Source of the DNA: Eledone cirrhosa | Lineage: Eukaryota | Assembly (NCBI GenBank): GCA_964016885.1 | Contig: OZ024741.1 | Span: 82,212,001-82,276,000 of the forward strand | Length of the DNA stretch: 64,000 nt | Direction: 5' to 3' | Part shown: one piece after another, positions 48,487-64,000 of the stretch | Layout: each line of letters starts with the position of its first letter | Position numbering within the stretch: the stretch's first letter is position 1 | Translations under genes and position numbers: made by a program | The notes under the pieces: model-generated | Told to the model about the DNA's origin: nothing | Databases searched by the model: none | Seen by the model: the letters and a program-made list of their open reading frames with translations, nothing else

Positions 48487-51400
48487 ATGACCTCACTCAG
48501 AATAGGCAGCATAAATGCGCGTGGCTTGGGGTCGTCATGGAAGCAGGGCCACCTGCTCAACGACCTCAGGTCACTAAACATAGATGTAGTGGCCATCAGC
48601 GAGACAAGAATCTCCGAAGCACAGGCTTTCGCACCGATCTTCGGCGGCTACGATGTGTACGCATCTCCCAGCCGTCCGGGATCGGGGGGAGGAGTTGCTG
48701 TGCTTTTTCGGAGAGGTTTGGATCTTGCCATACGGGCCATCTTCCTGGACCCAGAAGGTAAGTTGGTGGTGCTGGACGTGACCAGCGGAGACGGGCAAGC
48801 TTTCAGGTTAGTGGCCGTCTATGCCCCGACAGGAGCAGGGCGGCCTGATTTCTTGCGGCGTCTGGAGACCTTTCTTGGAACGTCCCGCTCTTTAGTGTTA
48901 GTGGGCGACTGGAACGGGATCTTAGATGCACGCTGGGATTGTGTGGGATTAGTGGATAGGGAAGGAGGGTGCAAGAGTCTCACCAACCTGCTCAGACGTT
49001 TTGAACTGTCTGACAGGTACCGAATGGATTTCCCGAATGTACCAATGTGGACTTGGACAAATCGCATAGGGTCATCCAGATCATATCTAGATAGAGTATT
49101 TTGTAGGGAAATAGATAGGTCTACCATAGGCTGTCCACAATTCAAGATAGTCAGCTACACGGACCACAAATTCGTGATCTGTGTGCTGGACTTAGATAGG
49201 CTTCATAGACGAGGACCCAGCTACTGGAAGCTAAACAATTCCTTACCAGCGCGCAAGGCCTACAGAGACCGGATTAGCGAACTAGTTAAGCGGGCGTTGA
49301 CGGGGGCCATCGTCAACAACAAGTGCTGGTTTGCTCTGAAAAGAGCAATTAGAATAGAGTCCATTAGGTTTAGTAAGACTTTAGCAATAGAGAAAAATAG
49401 AGCAGTGGGAGAATTAGTTAGAAAATTAGATGAGGCGCTTAGCAAAGGCATCGCGACCGACGTACTTGCGGCGAAATTGGCCCTTGACCAATTCTTCAAT
49501 GCAAAGCACGAAAGCTGCGTTGTCAGAGCTAGGGTGCGTGCTCTCAGACACGAGGGGACGAAAGCCGTTCAATGGGCCCGAGTGGCGGAGGCGCGTCGTG
49601 GCAACAAAGCCACGATCCGGTCTTTGGTGGACCACGACGGGCGCACGCTACTCGATCCCGGGCAAATGTGTGAAGCTTTTCAGCGACACTTCGCTCAACT
49701 GTTCGGGGGCAGTGGCGGGCCGGATCGAGGGATGGACTTTCGTGTCTACCTCGACGGACATCCGCGGCTTTCGTCCACTGAGGCGGAGTGTTGCGAAAAG
49801 CCGATAACAACCGCTGAAGTACGGGATGCAATGACTAGTTGCACAAGGGGTAAATCGCCTGGTTTGGATGGTCTGCCCTATGAACTTTACGTACAAATGC
49901 CAAACTTGTTCGGAGGCCTCTTGGCGGAAGTCTACTGCAACTGGCAACAGAACGGGAGAATTCCCAGTTCTGTGAGCCGAGGAGCGGTGGCACAGCTGAG
50001 AAAGGATCCGAACAAGGGGGATAACATAGACAATTTCCGGCACATATCTCTGCTAAACACAGAGTTTAAGATTTTGGCCAAGGTGCTAGCAAAGAGGTTG
50101 GCGCTTGTCGTTGGTGGTCTGGTGGGAGAGGCGCAGACATGCGCCATTCCCGACAGATCCATCCACGACAACCTCCACCTCATGCGATACATCGTAGAGA
50201 GGGTAGCTAGGGAACCTGGCACGGGTGGGTCCTTGATCAATTTAGATCAGTCGAACGCTTTCGATAGGGTCGACCATCGTTACCTAGCGGTAGTCCTGAG
50301 GGCGGCTGGCTTTGGGCCCGTCTTCAGAGGCTGGATCGCTGCCATGCACAGCGACATCTGTTCTGTGGTGAGAGTGAACGGTCACCTGTCGGAACCGTTC
50401 AACATCATGCGCTCGGTCCGCCAAGGATGTCCCCTCTCGTCCCTCTTGTACGTATTGACTCTCGAGCCATTACTGCACAAACTGGAGACGTTGAGGGGAG
50501 TCCCGCGCGAACTAGGATGCGGAAGATCCGTGTCAGCATATGCGGACGATGTCACCGCAGTGGTGTCGAACGCCAAACAAATCGAGGCGATCGGCACTAC
50601 ACTAAGAGAATACGAAGCGGTGACAGGAGCAATGATCAACCAGGAAAAGTCAGTGGGCCTGCAGCTCGGCACCTGGAGAGGCAGGTCCATGCCGTCCAAC
50701 AGCGTCCTCGGACGCTGGACGGACGGACCGGTTAAATTGCTAGGGGTCCGGTTCGGTCCGGACCTCCAGACGGACAAAAACTGGGACGAGGTGACGAGCA
50801 GGGTGGCTTCTCTCACCCAGAAATGGGCGGAGAGGAAGCTATCCCTGAAAGGTCGAGCGGAGGTGGCTAACGCGTACATCGCGTCTGTCATCTGCTACCG
50901 CCTGACCGTCGTACCTTGTCCTAAGCCTCGCCTGACTGCGCTGGAGCGTTTGCTCTTTCGCTTTTTGTGGAAGGGACGTGCTCCGATGGTCAGGCAGTCC
51001 ATCTGTTGTCAACACCCGCTACGTGGAGGGCTGGGCATGCCGTGGCTGATGATGCGCAGGCACGCGCTCAGGCTACGACATCTCCACCTCTTCCTCGACG
51101 GTGATCAGGTGTGGTCGCCGTTTGCTAGGCGCGTATTTCCCCAGCTCGTTTCCTTGACGGAGCTGCAGTCCTGGGTAAAGCGAAGACCGAGAGGGAGCGC
51201 CTGGAGACTGGAATGTCTTCAGGCGCTCACAGCCCTCGACCAATCGGGCAATGCGATCGGTGGAAACTCCACCTCGGCGTTCTATAGAGGATTAGTGGAG
51301 GGTAAGAGCGACGACGTACTTGGGGAAACTCTAGGCGTCGACGAAAATCAACTAGCCAATCTCTTCGGAAGAACTTTCGGGCCGGGGCCTATGGACAACT

Positions 51401-51906
51401 TCCAGAAATCTCTGGCCTGGCAGTGCTACCGAGGAGCCTTGCCAGTTCGGGATAAACTCTACAGGCATGGAGGTGCCGTCAGCCGGGCATGACCGAGATG
51501 CGCGCAGGGCGACGAAACCGTCCTGCACGCACTCGTCCAGTGTCCGAAAATTGCTGACTTGTGGGTTTATGTCGAACACCTGCTGTCGCGTTTAGGACGG
51601 ATCCAGCTATCATCTGAGTCCATCGTGAGGATTGCCCCGCCCTCCTCCTTTAGCCGGGAAGGGCAGGCAGTTTTTATCTGCCTGGTGGCCATGGCGAAAG
51701 AGATAGTATGGTGGACACGTTTGAAAGGGCTGAAGACGAGCACTTACCTCTTCGGTGATGCTCTGATTGACTTTTTCAAATTTCATTTGAAAAGGAAAAT
51801 CAGAGTAGAGAGGGAAGTGCTCTCTTCCCAGCATTTTGTTGAAAGATGGGTGAGAGAAGCAAGAATGGCCTGAGTGAATGGGCCTACTTTGAGTATATAT
51901 CTGTAA
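48487..51906 (+). pseudogene. Tx1-like ORF2 (APE-RT-CCHC) with two in-frame TGA stops near the C-terminus (51490, 51871)
   Basis: INARGL, SETR, VGDWN, YLDR, TDH, KSPGLDG, RQGCPLS, AYADD. The frame continues past the stops (RA*PRC...ETVLHALVQC; MA*VNGPTLSIYL), colinear with the 14484 ORF. Confidence 0.93.
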
Positions 51907-52293
51907 ATTAAAGGTGGAAAACTGGGAGAAGGCACTTGCCTTGGTGGTCAGGGTCATTGTCGCTTTTTACTGGGCTTTCTCCACAAATGTCCCTCCGAAG
52001 TCTCCCCCCTATTGGGGAATTTTTCATTGTTATTTTCATTGTTATTTTTGTTACATCCTCTGTTTTTGTTTTTTACACGCAGAAATGCCCATTTGTACCG
52101 TCCTGCACTGTCCTTAATGTCTACTTTATGTAAACCCTTGTGCTTAATAAAGAAATCATTATTATTAATATTATTATTATTATTAATATTATTATTATTA
52201 TTCTCTACATTCCTTACATCAAACTAAAATATGTTGACAATATTTTAATAATGTCTTCCTTGTGAAATTTGTGGTATTCTTTTGCTTAACAAA

Positions 52294-52333
<40 letters not shown>

Positions 52334-52414
52334 CACACGAACTCCTGACCAAATAATATTTGGTATCAATGGGTTAAAGTCATATATCAAAGCAATTAGT
52401 GGTGAAGTTGGTGC

Positions 52415-52476
<62 letters not shown>

Positions 52477-52788
52477 TTATATATATATATATATATACAA
52501 CACATATATATATATTTAGTTATTTTAGTAAACAAATAATACATGTATGTATATATATATATATAAAGCCAATTATTGTAAATTTGAATCTGACATGCAA
52601 AAACATATATATGAATAGAGTAAGCAAAAAAACCAAAAAACATAGTAGATTCAAATATTACAGCGAGAAAGATGGAGGGAGGAGAAATGAGGTGTAACAA
52701 AAACGAAACATGGATTACAGGTTAAAATATTGTCTAGATAGATGTGTAACAACACGTGGATGTAGTTTATGGAACGACCAATTGATTT

Positions 52789-53233
52789 AGAAGTCAACTT
52801 TAAGTAAACTAGATGCAATAACATTAAGAAAGACATGAACGACACCACAACACTTTGTTTTGAAAATTTTGAAAGTAGGTTTTTAGGTATGAATTTTCAT
52901 AAAATGTTCGTAGTTGTTTCTGCGGCCCATCAGCAGGTACTAGAGACGGTAGAGATCCCGGCCTTGGGTTCAATCCTGGTCAAGAGGTACATGTAACCTT
53001 TTTCACTTTTTATATTACAACCCATAGAAAAAAACTGAAAAGGTTTACTGGGCACCCTGCTCCCCATCAAGATCACCACCGTCTCTGATTCCTCCAGCCA
53101 GGCCACCAAGACAACTAAAAAAAGTATATTGAAAATTGATAATTATAAACCTACTTTCAAAATCAAAGTTAAAAAGATGTGATGTCGTTCATGGCTTTCC
53201 TAGAGCTATTAGTAATATTTAGGGTCGACTTCT
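52789..53233. repeat. Imperfect ~90-bp inverted repeats, possible old MITE
   Basis: agaagtc...gaaagacatgaacgacaccaca...ttttgaaagtaggttt versus aaacctactttcaaaa...tgtgatgtcgttcatggctttc...gacttct. Confidence 0.65.
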
Positions 53234-53649
53234 GGTTTTTATTGAAAGTCTATGGATTTCGCAAAATACATATTTTTTATTGGAGAACGTAAGATATTTT
53301 TCCGCAAAAATTTGAATGCACTGTTTTGTTTCTAATTATGTATTTTTCGAAAATGTTGTTTATTCATTATAACATTTTAAATGATAGCATTCTATATGTA
53401 GGTGGGCCCCCTTCATCTCCTGGCATCCACTATTTTTAGACCCAGTCCTCCACTGTATATACATATATATATATATCTTTATATATATATTTATATATAT
53501 ATTCATATATATATATATATAAAGAGAGAGTGAGAGAGGGAGAGAGAGAGATACATAATATGAAGAGATGTTTGTTGGTTGGCTTGTTCCTTCACGTATT
53601 ACACGATAACGAGAAATGTCTATCGAAACGTAGGTACGGCAATGGAATG

Positions 53650-53852
53650 AAGGTAGATCTAGGAAGAGTGGTTGGCATTAATTTTATAACATCGAAGACG
53701 AAAAACATACCTGGTACGCTAACATCTATGATGTGAGTTCAAATCCCACCGAGGTTAACTTTGTCTTTCATCATTACGAGGCCGATAATATAAAGTACCA
53801 GTTATGCACTGGGATACTTACTGGCTTTGTACCAAAAAGTAGAAACAATTAT
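53650..53852 (+). mobile_element. Degenerate tRNA-derived SINE, family of 18197
   Basis: gagttcaaatcccaccgaggttaactttgtctttcatc...aaagtaccagt...aaagtagaaacaattatt. Confidence 0.8.
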
Positions 53853-54246
53853 TATAGTTATCATTATGTTAGTAATAGCGATTAATACCACTACTATTTT
53901 TGTTGTTGTTATTGTTATTCGGACGTAGCAGGAAACAAAACAACTAGCTATACACATACACACAAACACACACAATGGTAAACAATCAATTTTATTGTAT
54001 TTTTTGTTGTTGCTATTGTTCTTGATATTGGGACCTAGCAGGAAACAAAATAATTGCTACACACACGAACACACACATTCATAAACAAAATACTTGTTTT
54101 GTTGAATTTTAGGGATTGCCACAAGAAGAAAACCAACTGGCATTGAATATTGAAAACAAGAGGAATGATTTGGTAACGTCTATATAAACTAAGCCGCGAG
54201 ACAGTCATTATCTGGCACGAAAGTACTACCAAACTAGGGGCCTAAT

Positions 54247-58400
<4,154 letters not shown>

Positions 58401-59072
58401 AGATATGAATGGATACAGTTTAGTTGAAAGGAATTTATTGACACGTGATTCTATAACAGTTACATAACCTGAAAATAGCTGCTATCTACAAAGTATTAGT
58501 TATGCAGACATTCAATATTTCAATGTTATTATCAACTGTCATTTCATCGGAATAATTTTACTGAGGACCTGTTTGGTTTTTATAGAGAATATTAGGAGGG
58601 AGGGGTGAAGTTGTTAGAAGAATAGTTGAGGGAGTGGTTTTTTGATAGCAGTGAGAATTTTTGGTGGCAGTGAGTAATTAGATTCCCATCTGTTGTTTTG
58701 ACATTTTTATAGTATATATTATTGGTTATTTTTCTAAATCTATAGAAGGATTAGAGATAGTATAGATATGCGTGGTTGGTTTTATGTTTGCACTTAATTA
58801 ACATTCAGACTTAAATTTTTCTTTCAAGTGTACGTATCCTTTCGCCAACGCATTCACACACAAACATATATGCACACCTCTACAACATATATATACTCAC
58901 ATTCACATACTTACATGCTCATACTTACATACATATACACACGCATATATATATATATACACACATATATACATGTACATATATACGCGTTCATGTGTAT
59001 ACATTTTCATACTCAACTTATCTTTATATACACACGTATAGACACACACATATATACATACATACTCAAGTC

Positions 59073-59248
<176 letters not shown>

Positions 59249-59914
59249 CACTTTAATACATGAGTACACTTACATCTAACTATACACATCAAACATATAT
59301 ATACATTTACTTATTTATATACATTTTCACATATATATACAAACATATGGTCGCTTTTAGACACATTCATTATCGCATATTTGCACCTATTCTCATCAGC
59401 ATATCTTTCCATTATTAGTGTGGTAATTTAAGGTTATTAATATACATATATATGTTGAGAAGAGATTGTTTTTATATTTTTCTAACTAGATTGAGGTTTA
59501 TATAGTTAGAGGGATGTCCCTCTTTTATGTAATATTCAGCTTGTAGTGGGAAAAAAGGGTTTTAGTTCGGTGACGGCAGAATAATGTTCGTTCAATTCTG
59601 TTATTCAGCAATTTCCTCTTGTGTGTGATTATGTAATAAATCTCAAGATTACACAATTTGCAGAAATTTTGGCTCCTGGAAAAGCTTTGGGTTTTAGCTA
59701 ATTTCTCCCATTTTAGGGTAAACTTTTGATCGCTATCCCTGAGCGTCCAAGCTTTTTCTGCTAAAGTTGTTACATTTCTTTGGCTCTGGTGTTTTATTGA
59801 GTAAGAATCCCTATATAATCGAGATTTAAACGATGTTGCCATTGATCCCATGTAATACCACTCGTTGCCTCCGGATTTAATGGTACACTTATAAATAATG
59901 TACGTGTAAAAACC

Positions 59915-62030
59915 CACCCACCAACCCACTATTAGATGCATTTGAGCAGGACCTTATGAACTTAATCCTTAAAATTAAATTCAAAGGACGTAACACCAAC
60001 AACAAATTACAGAAAGATATTAAAAAACTACTGGACGACCTTAAAAACACCAAAGGAATTGTAGTAAAAGCGGACAAAACATCAAACCTGTATACTATGG
60101 ATTGAACTACATACAACAACTTCATTCGAAAAGAATTACATAAAAAATATAGAAAAACGAATGAAGTAACTCTTAAGCACATCAATGATGAGGCATGCGA
60201 AATAGTGAAACATTTCGGAATCGAAGATAGGAGAGGACCACTCTTACCGGCGGTACCCACCTTCAATCTTAAGGACCATAAGGTAAACTTTGATAATGAC
60301 CCTAAAATTAGATTAATCTGCCCCTCTAAATCAGATATAGGTAAAATAAGCAAATATATCTTAGATAGAATCATCCCCCAAATTAAGGCTAAGGTTAACA
60401 TTAAACTCTGGGGGAAGACCCAAGAAGCAATAAGATGGTTTAATAGCATTAGCAATAAGAATAAATCTAAGTTTATACAGTTTGATATCGACGAATATTA
60501 CTCATCGATATCACCTGAAACTTTGAATAGAGCCATTAAGTTTGCTAAGGATAAGTCTGACCTTACAAACGATGAAATTAAGATTATATTAGAAGCTAGG
60601 AAAACTATAGTCAAATTTGAGAACAGTTATTGGGTACGTAAAGATAGACCCTCTAACTTTGACATAACAATGGGCTCTAACGATTCGGCGGAAATAACTG
60701 ATATTGTGGAGTTATTTATCGCCTTTAGACTCCATGAAAAATTCAGCAATCTCCACGGCGGAATATACCGCGACGATGTTCTCCTCCTAGTTAAAAACCT
60801 AAATAACCAAAAACTAGAAAAACTACGCAAAGATATAAGAAAACTACTACTTGAAATAGGACTAACTATAACATATGAATACAACCTTAAAGTAATTAAC
60901 TTCCTGGATGTCACACTCAATTTAAACTCTGGTCTGATTAAACCGTTTCATAAATTGAATGAAAATCTCAAATACGTAAATGTTGGGTCTAACCACCCCA
61001 TCTCTATAATTAAATCTATCCCTAAAAATATTTCCCTTAGAATCTCGGGTCTATCTTCTAACATACAAGTATTTAAGGAACACGCCGAGTACTACGATAA
61101 CGCCCTTAGTAAAGCAGGCTACCTCAACAAAATAGAGTATATAGATGAGAACAATCAAAATACCCAAAATAAATCCCACATAGGTAGATATAATAACACA
61201 ACACCAAACCACACTTACTACCATAGTATACACACCAGTAAACCAACAAACACAACTAATAGAAAGCGATGCAAAGAGTACTTATGGTATAACCCCGAAT
61301 ACAATAGTTCCATTAGTACAAATTTACCAGTACTCTTCTTAAAAATAATTAAGAGACATTTTCCTACATCACACAAATACCACAAAATCCTAAACCCTAC
61401 CACTATAAGACTGTCATACTCTACAGCGTTAAACCTTGAACAACACATAAAAAAGATCAATACTAGAAGGCTAAACGAAAACACTAAAAACTTAAGTACA
61501 AAGAACACAAAAAAGAACAGTAGACAATACACTACAGAACATAAATAAACCACACCTAAGTTCGTCCGCAATACTACTCCAGAGAAAACCCAACGTACAC
61601 AACTGTAACTGCACCTATCCTGACAACTGCCCCCTCGGCAATAACTGCCTGGAAAAAAATATTATTTATAAGTGTACCATTAAATCCGGAGGCAACGAGT
61701 GGTATTACGTGGCATCAACGGCAACATCGTTTAAATCTCGATTATATAGGCATTCTTACTCAATAAAACACCAGAGCCAAAGTACTGTAACAACTTTAGC
61801 AGAAAAAGCTTGGACGCTCAGGGATAGCGATCAAAAGTTTACCCTAAAATGGGAGAAATTAGCTAAAACCCAAAGCTTTTCCAGGAGCCAAAATTTCTGT
61901 AACTTGTGTAATCTTGAGATTTATTACATAATCACACACAAGAGGAAATTGCTGAATAACAGAATTGAACGAACATTATTCTGCCGTCACCGAACTAAAA
62001 CCCTTTTTTCCCACTACTAGCTGAATATTA
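59915..62030 (+). pseudogene. PLE RT / GIY-YIG ORF with a few stops and frameshifts
   Basis: ADKTSNLY, RLICPSKSDIG, QFDIDEYYSSI, MGSNDSAEITD, IYRDD, INFLDV, CNCTYPDNCPLGNNC, IIYKC, FKSRLYRH, CNLCNLE. Confidence 0.92.
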
Positions 62031-62311
62031 CATAAAAGAGGGACATCCCTCTAACTATATAAACCTCAATCTAGTTAGAAAAATATAAAAACAATCTCTT
62101 CTCAACATATATATGTATATTAATAACCTTAAATTACCACACTAATAATGGAAAGATATGCTGATGTGAATAGGTGCAAATATGCGATAATGAATGTGTC
62201 TAAAAGCGACCATAAGTATGTGTATATATGTGAAAATGTATATAAATAAGTAAATATATATATATGTTTGATGTGTATAGTTAGATGTAAGTGTACTCAT
62301 GTGTTAAAATG

Positions 62312-62405
<94 letters not shown>

Positions 62406-62922
62406 GACTTGAGTATGTATGTATATATGTGTGTGTCTATACGTGTGTATATAAAGATAAGTTGAGTATGAAAATGTATACACATGAACGCGTATATATG
62501 TACATGTATATATGTGTGTATATATATATGTATGCATGTGTATATGTATCTAAGTATGAGCATGTAAGTATGTGAATGTGAGTATATATATTTTGTAGAG
62601 GTGTGCATATATGTTTGTGTGTGAATGCGTGGGCGAAAGGATACGTACACTTGAAAGAAAAATTTAAGTCTGAATGTTAATTAAGTGCAAACATAAAACC
62701 AACCACGCATATCTATACTATCTCTAATCCTTCTATAGATTTAGAAAAATAACCAATAATATATTCTATAAAAATGTCAAAACAACAGATGGGAATCTAA
62801 TTACTCACTGCCACCAACAATTCTCACTGCTAGCAAAAAACCACTCCCTCAACTATTCTTCTAACAACTTCACCCCTCCCTCCTAATATTCTCTATAAAA
62901 ACCAAACAGGTCCTCAGTAAAA

Positions 62923-63043
62923 TTATTCCGATGAAATGACAGTTGATAATAACATTGAAATATTGAATGTCTGCATAACTAATAATTTGTAGATAGCAGC
63001 TATTTTCAGGTTATGTAACTGTTATAGAAACACGTGTCAATAA
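62923..63043 (+). ncRNA. Hammerhead-like motif with CCGAUGA core, extended stem II and palindromic loop III
   Basis: TTATT-CCGATGA-aATGACAGTT...(~70 nt)...AACTGTTAT-a-GAA-AC-ACGT-GT-C-AATAA; predicted cut after 63038; the mirror copy at about 58435-58556 has GAAT. Confidence 0.7.
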
Positions 63044-63188
63044 ATTCCTTTCAACTAAACTGTATCCATTCAAATCTTTCTATTTTTCTCCGGATTACTT
63101 TTGGAACTACAACTGGAACCGTCGAGCAAACTCTACGTGAGCTGTCCATCTACTGTGTGTAATATTTATATTACAACACTACGGAAAA

Positions 63189-63232
<44 letters not shown>

Positions 63233-63235
63233 ATA

Positions 63236-63413
63236 TGCGCTATCGTTTTTAAAGTAGTGACCTATGTTACTTAATTCTTTATATATGTGAGTGACTGTGT
63301 GTGTGTATGTATATATATATATATATATATATATACATACACACACAGACACACACATATATATATATATAAAGAAGTAAGTGATATAGTCACTACTTTA
63401 AAAACGTTAGCGC
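63236..63413. repeat. ~45-bp inverted repeats bracketing a TA/CA microsatellite
   Basis: gcgctatcgtttttaaagtagtgacctatgttactt / aagtgatatagtcactactttaaaaacgttagcgc. Confidence 0.8.
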
Positions 63414-63499
63414 GATGTCTTCAAAATGGTTTTACTTAAACATACGGTATATTACCGAATATACTATACATACATTCATATATACATATATATATATAT

Positions 63500-63636
63500 A
63501 GATGTTTATTAAAATAACAGATTAAAGTTTAAGCAAAGAATCGCCGCTTTCACCCTTTCTACGGTTCTTATATATTTGATATATACTTATCCTTATCGAG
63601 CCCTCTTTGGATTTTAGTCTTCAAATTCATTATTAT

Positions 63637-63640
<4 letters not shown>
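63500..63640. mobile_element. Short TA-flanked repeat; left part is the reverse complement of 2210-2270
   Basis: tttattaaaataacagat...tttaagcaaagaatcgc.gctttcaccctt; right part contains tcgagccctc. Confidence 0.65.
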
Positions 63641-63691
<51 letters not shown>

Positions 63692-64000
63692 CAACATTAA
63701 ATTAAGGGTGTCATGTCCGAGACATACGCCATATGCTCAAAGATTCCAATGAATAGATCCGAGCATTTTATATCAACTAGAAATTGATTGACATATATAT
63801 ATATAAAAAAAAACACATGAAACTATCACAGAGGATAATTTGTAAAGTGTGTAAGAACACAGAGGTAGGTAGGTAACTAATTAATGTTTAACTAAAACTT
63901 CAAATATAGATACTTTCAAAAATGATTAATCTTCCTTATATATATTTCATTAAAGAAATATATTTCACTATTAATCCGTAAATCACAGTAGTTAAACCGA

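Larger units (their letters stand above)
46239..52157 (+). mobile_element. Full-length Tx1-like LINE between (TTA)n tracts
   Basis: 5' UTR begins ggcgacc right after (TTA)n; ORF1; ORF2; 3' UTR ending tgtgcttAATAAAgaaatc then (ATT)n. Confidence 0.95.

Noticed and set aside
51490-51492. In-frame TGA at a zinc-finger Cys position of Tx1 ORF2, as possible selenocysteine
   Set aside because: One substitution from TGY; the sister copy has Cys; a second TGA at an Arg (CGA) position shows ordinary decay; no SECIS recognised.
54112-54171. Possible 60-bp plus-strand exon (ttttAG...GTaacg, GLPQEENQLALNIENKRNDL)
   Set aside because: No recognisable homology or partner exons; such signals arise by chance.

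Overview
AT-rich eukaryotic genomic DNA made almost entirely of retroelements and microsatellites. The (TA)n/(CA)n density and the SINE and LINE families resemble a coleoid cephalopod such as Octopus (inference, not verified). Contents: (i) Tx1/L1-clade LINEs, including one full-length copy (46239-52157) inside (TTA)n and one 5'-truncated copy inside (GATA)n; (ii) a near-intact R4/Dong-type RLE retrotransposon next to (TAA)n; (iii) RTE-like relics and tRNA-derived SINEs; (iv) at least six ORF-bearing Penelope-like elements (PLEs) of three RT types; (v) one orphan CYP2-like cytochrome P450 exon, the only host coding sequence I recognise. The most striking system is one repeated PLE insertion architecture, seen from about 160 bp to about 4.9 kb and in several unrelated families: (TA)n, a short inverted copy of the 3' end, a truncated body, the 3' end plus a 40-110 bp unpaired tail, (TA)n. 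The arms carry hammerhead ribozyme motifs, including non-canonical cores and long stem-II inserts. The short arm stops at a fixed internal TA. Many otherwise unrelated tails share a TYGAGTRCTY motif. All alignments and folds were made by eye, so boundaries are approximate.
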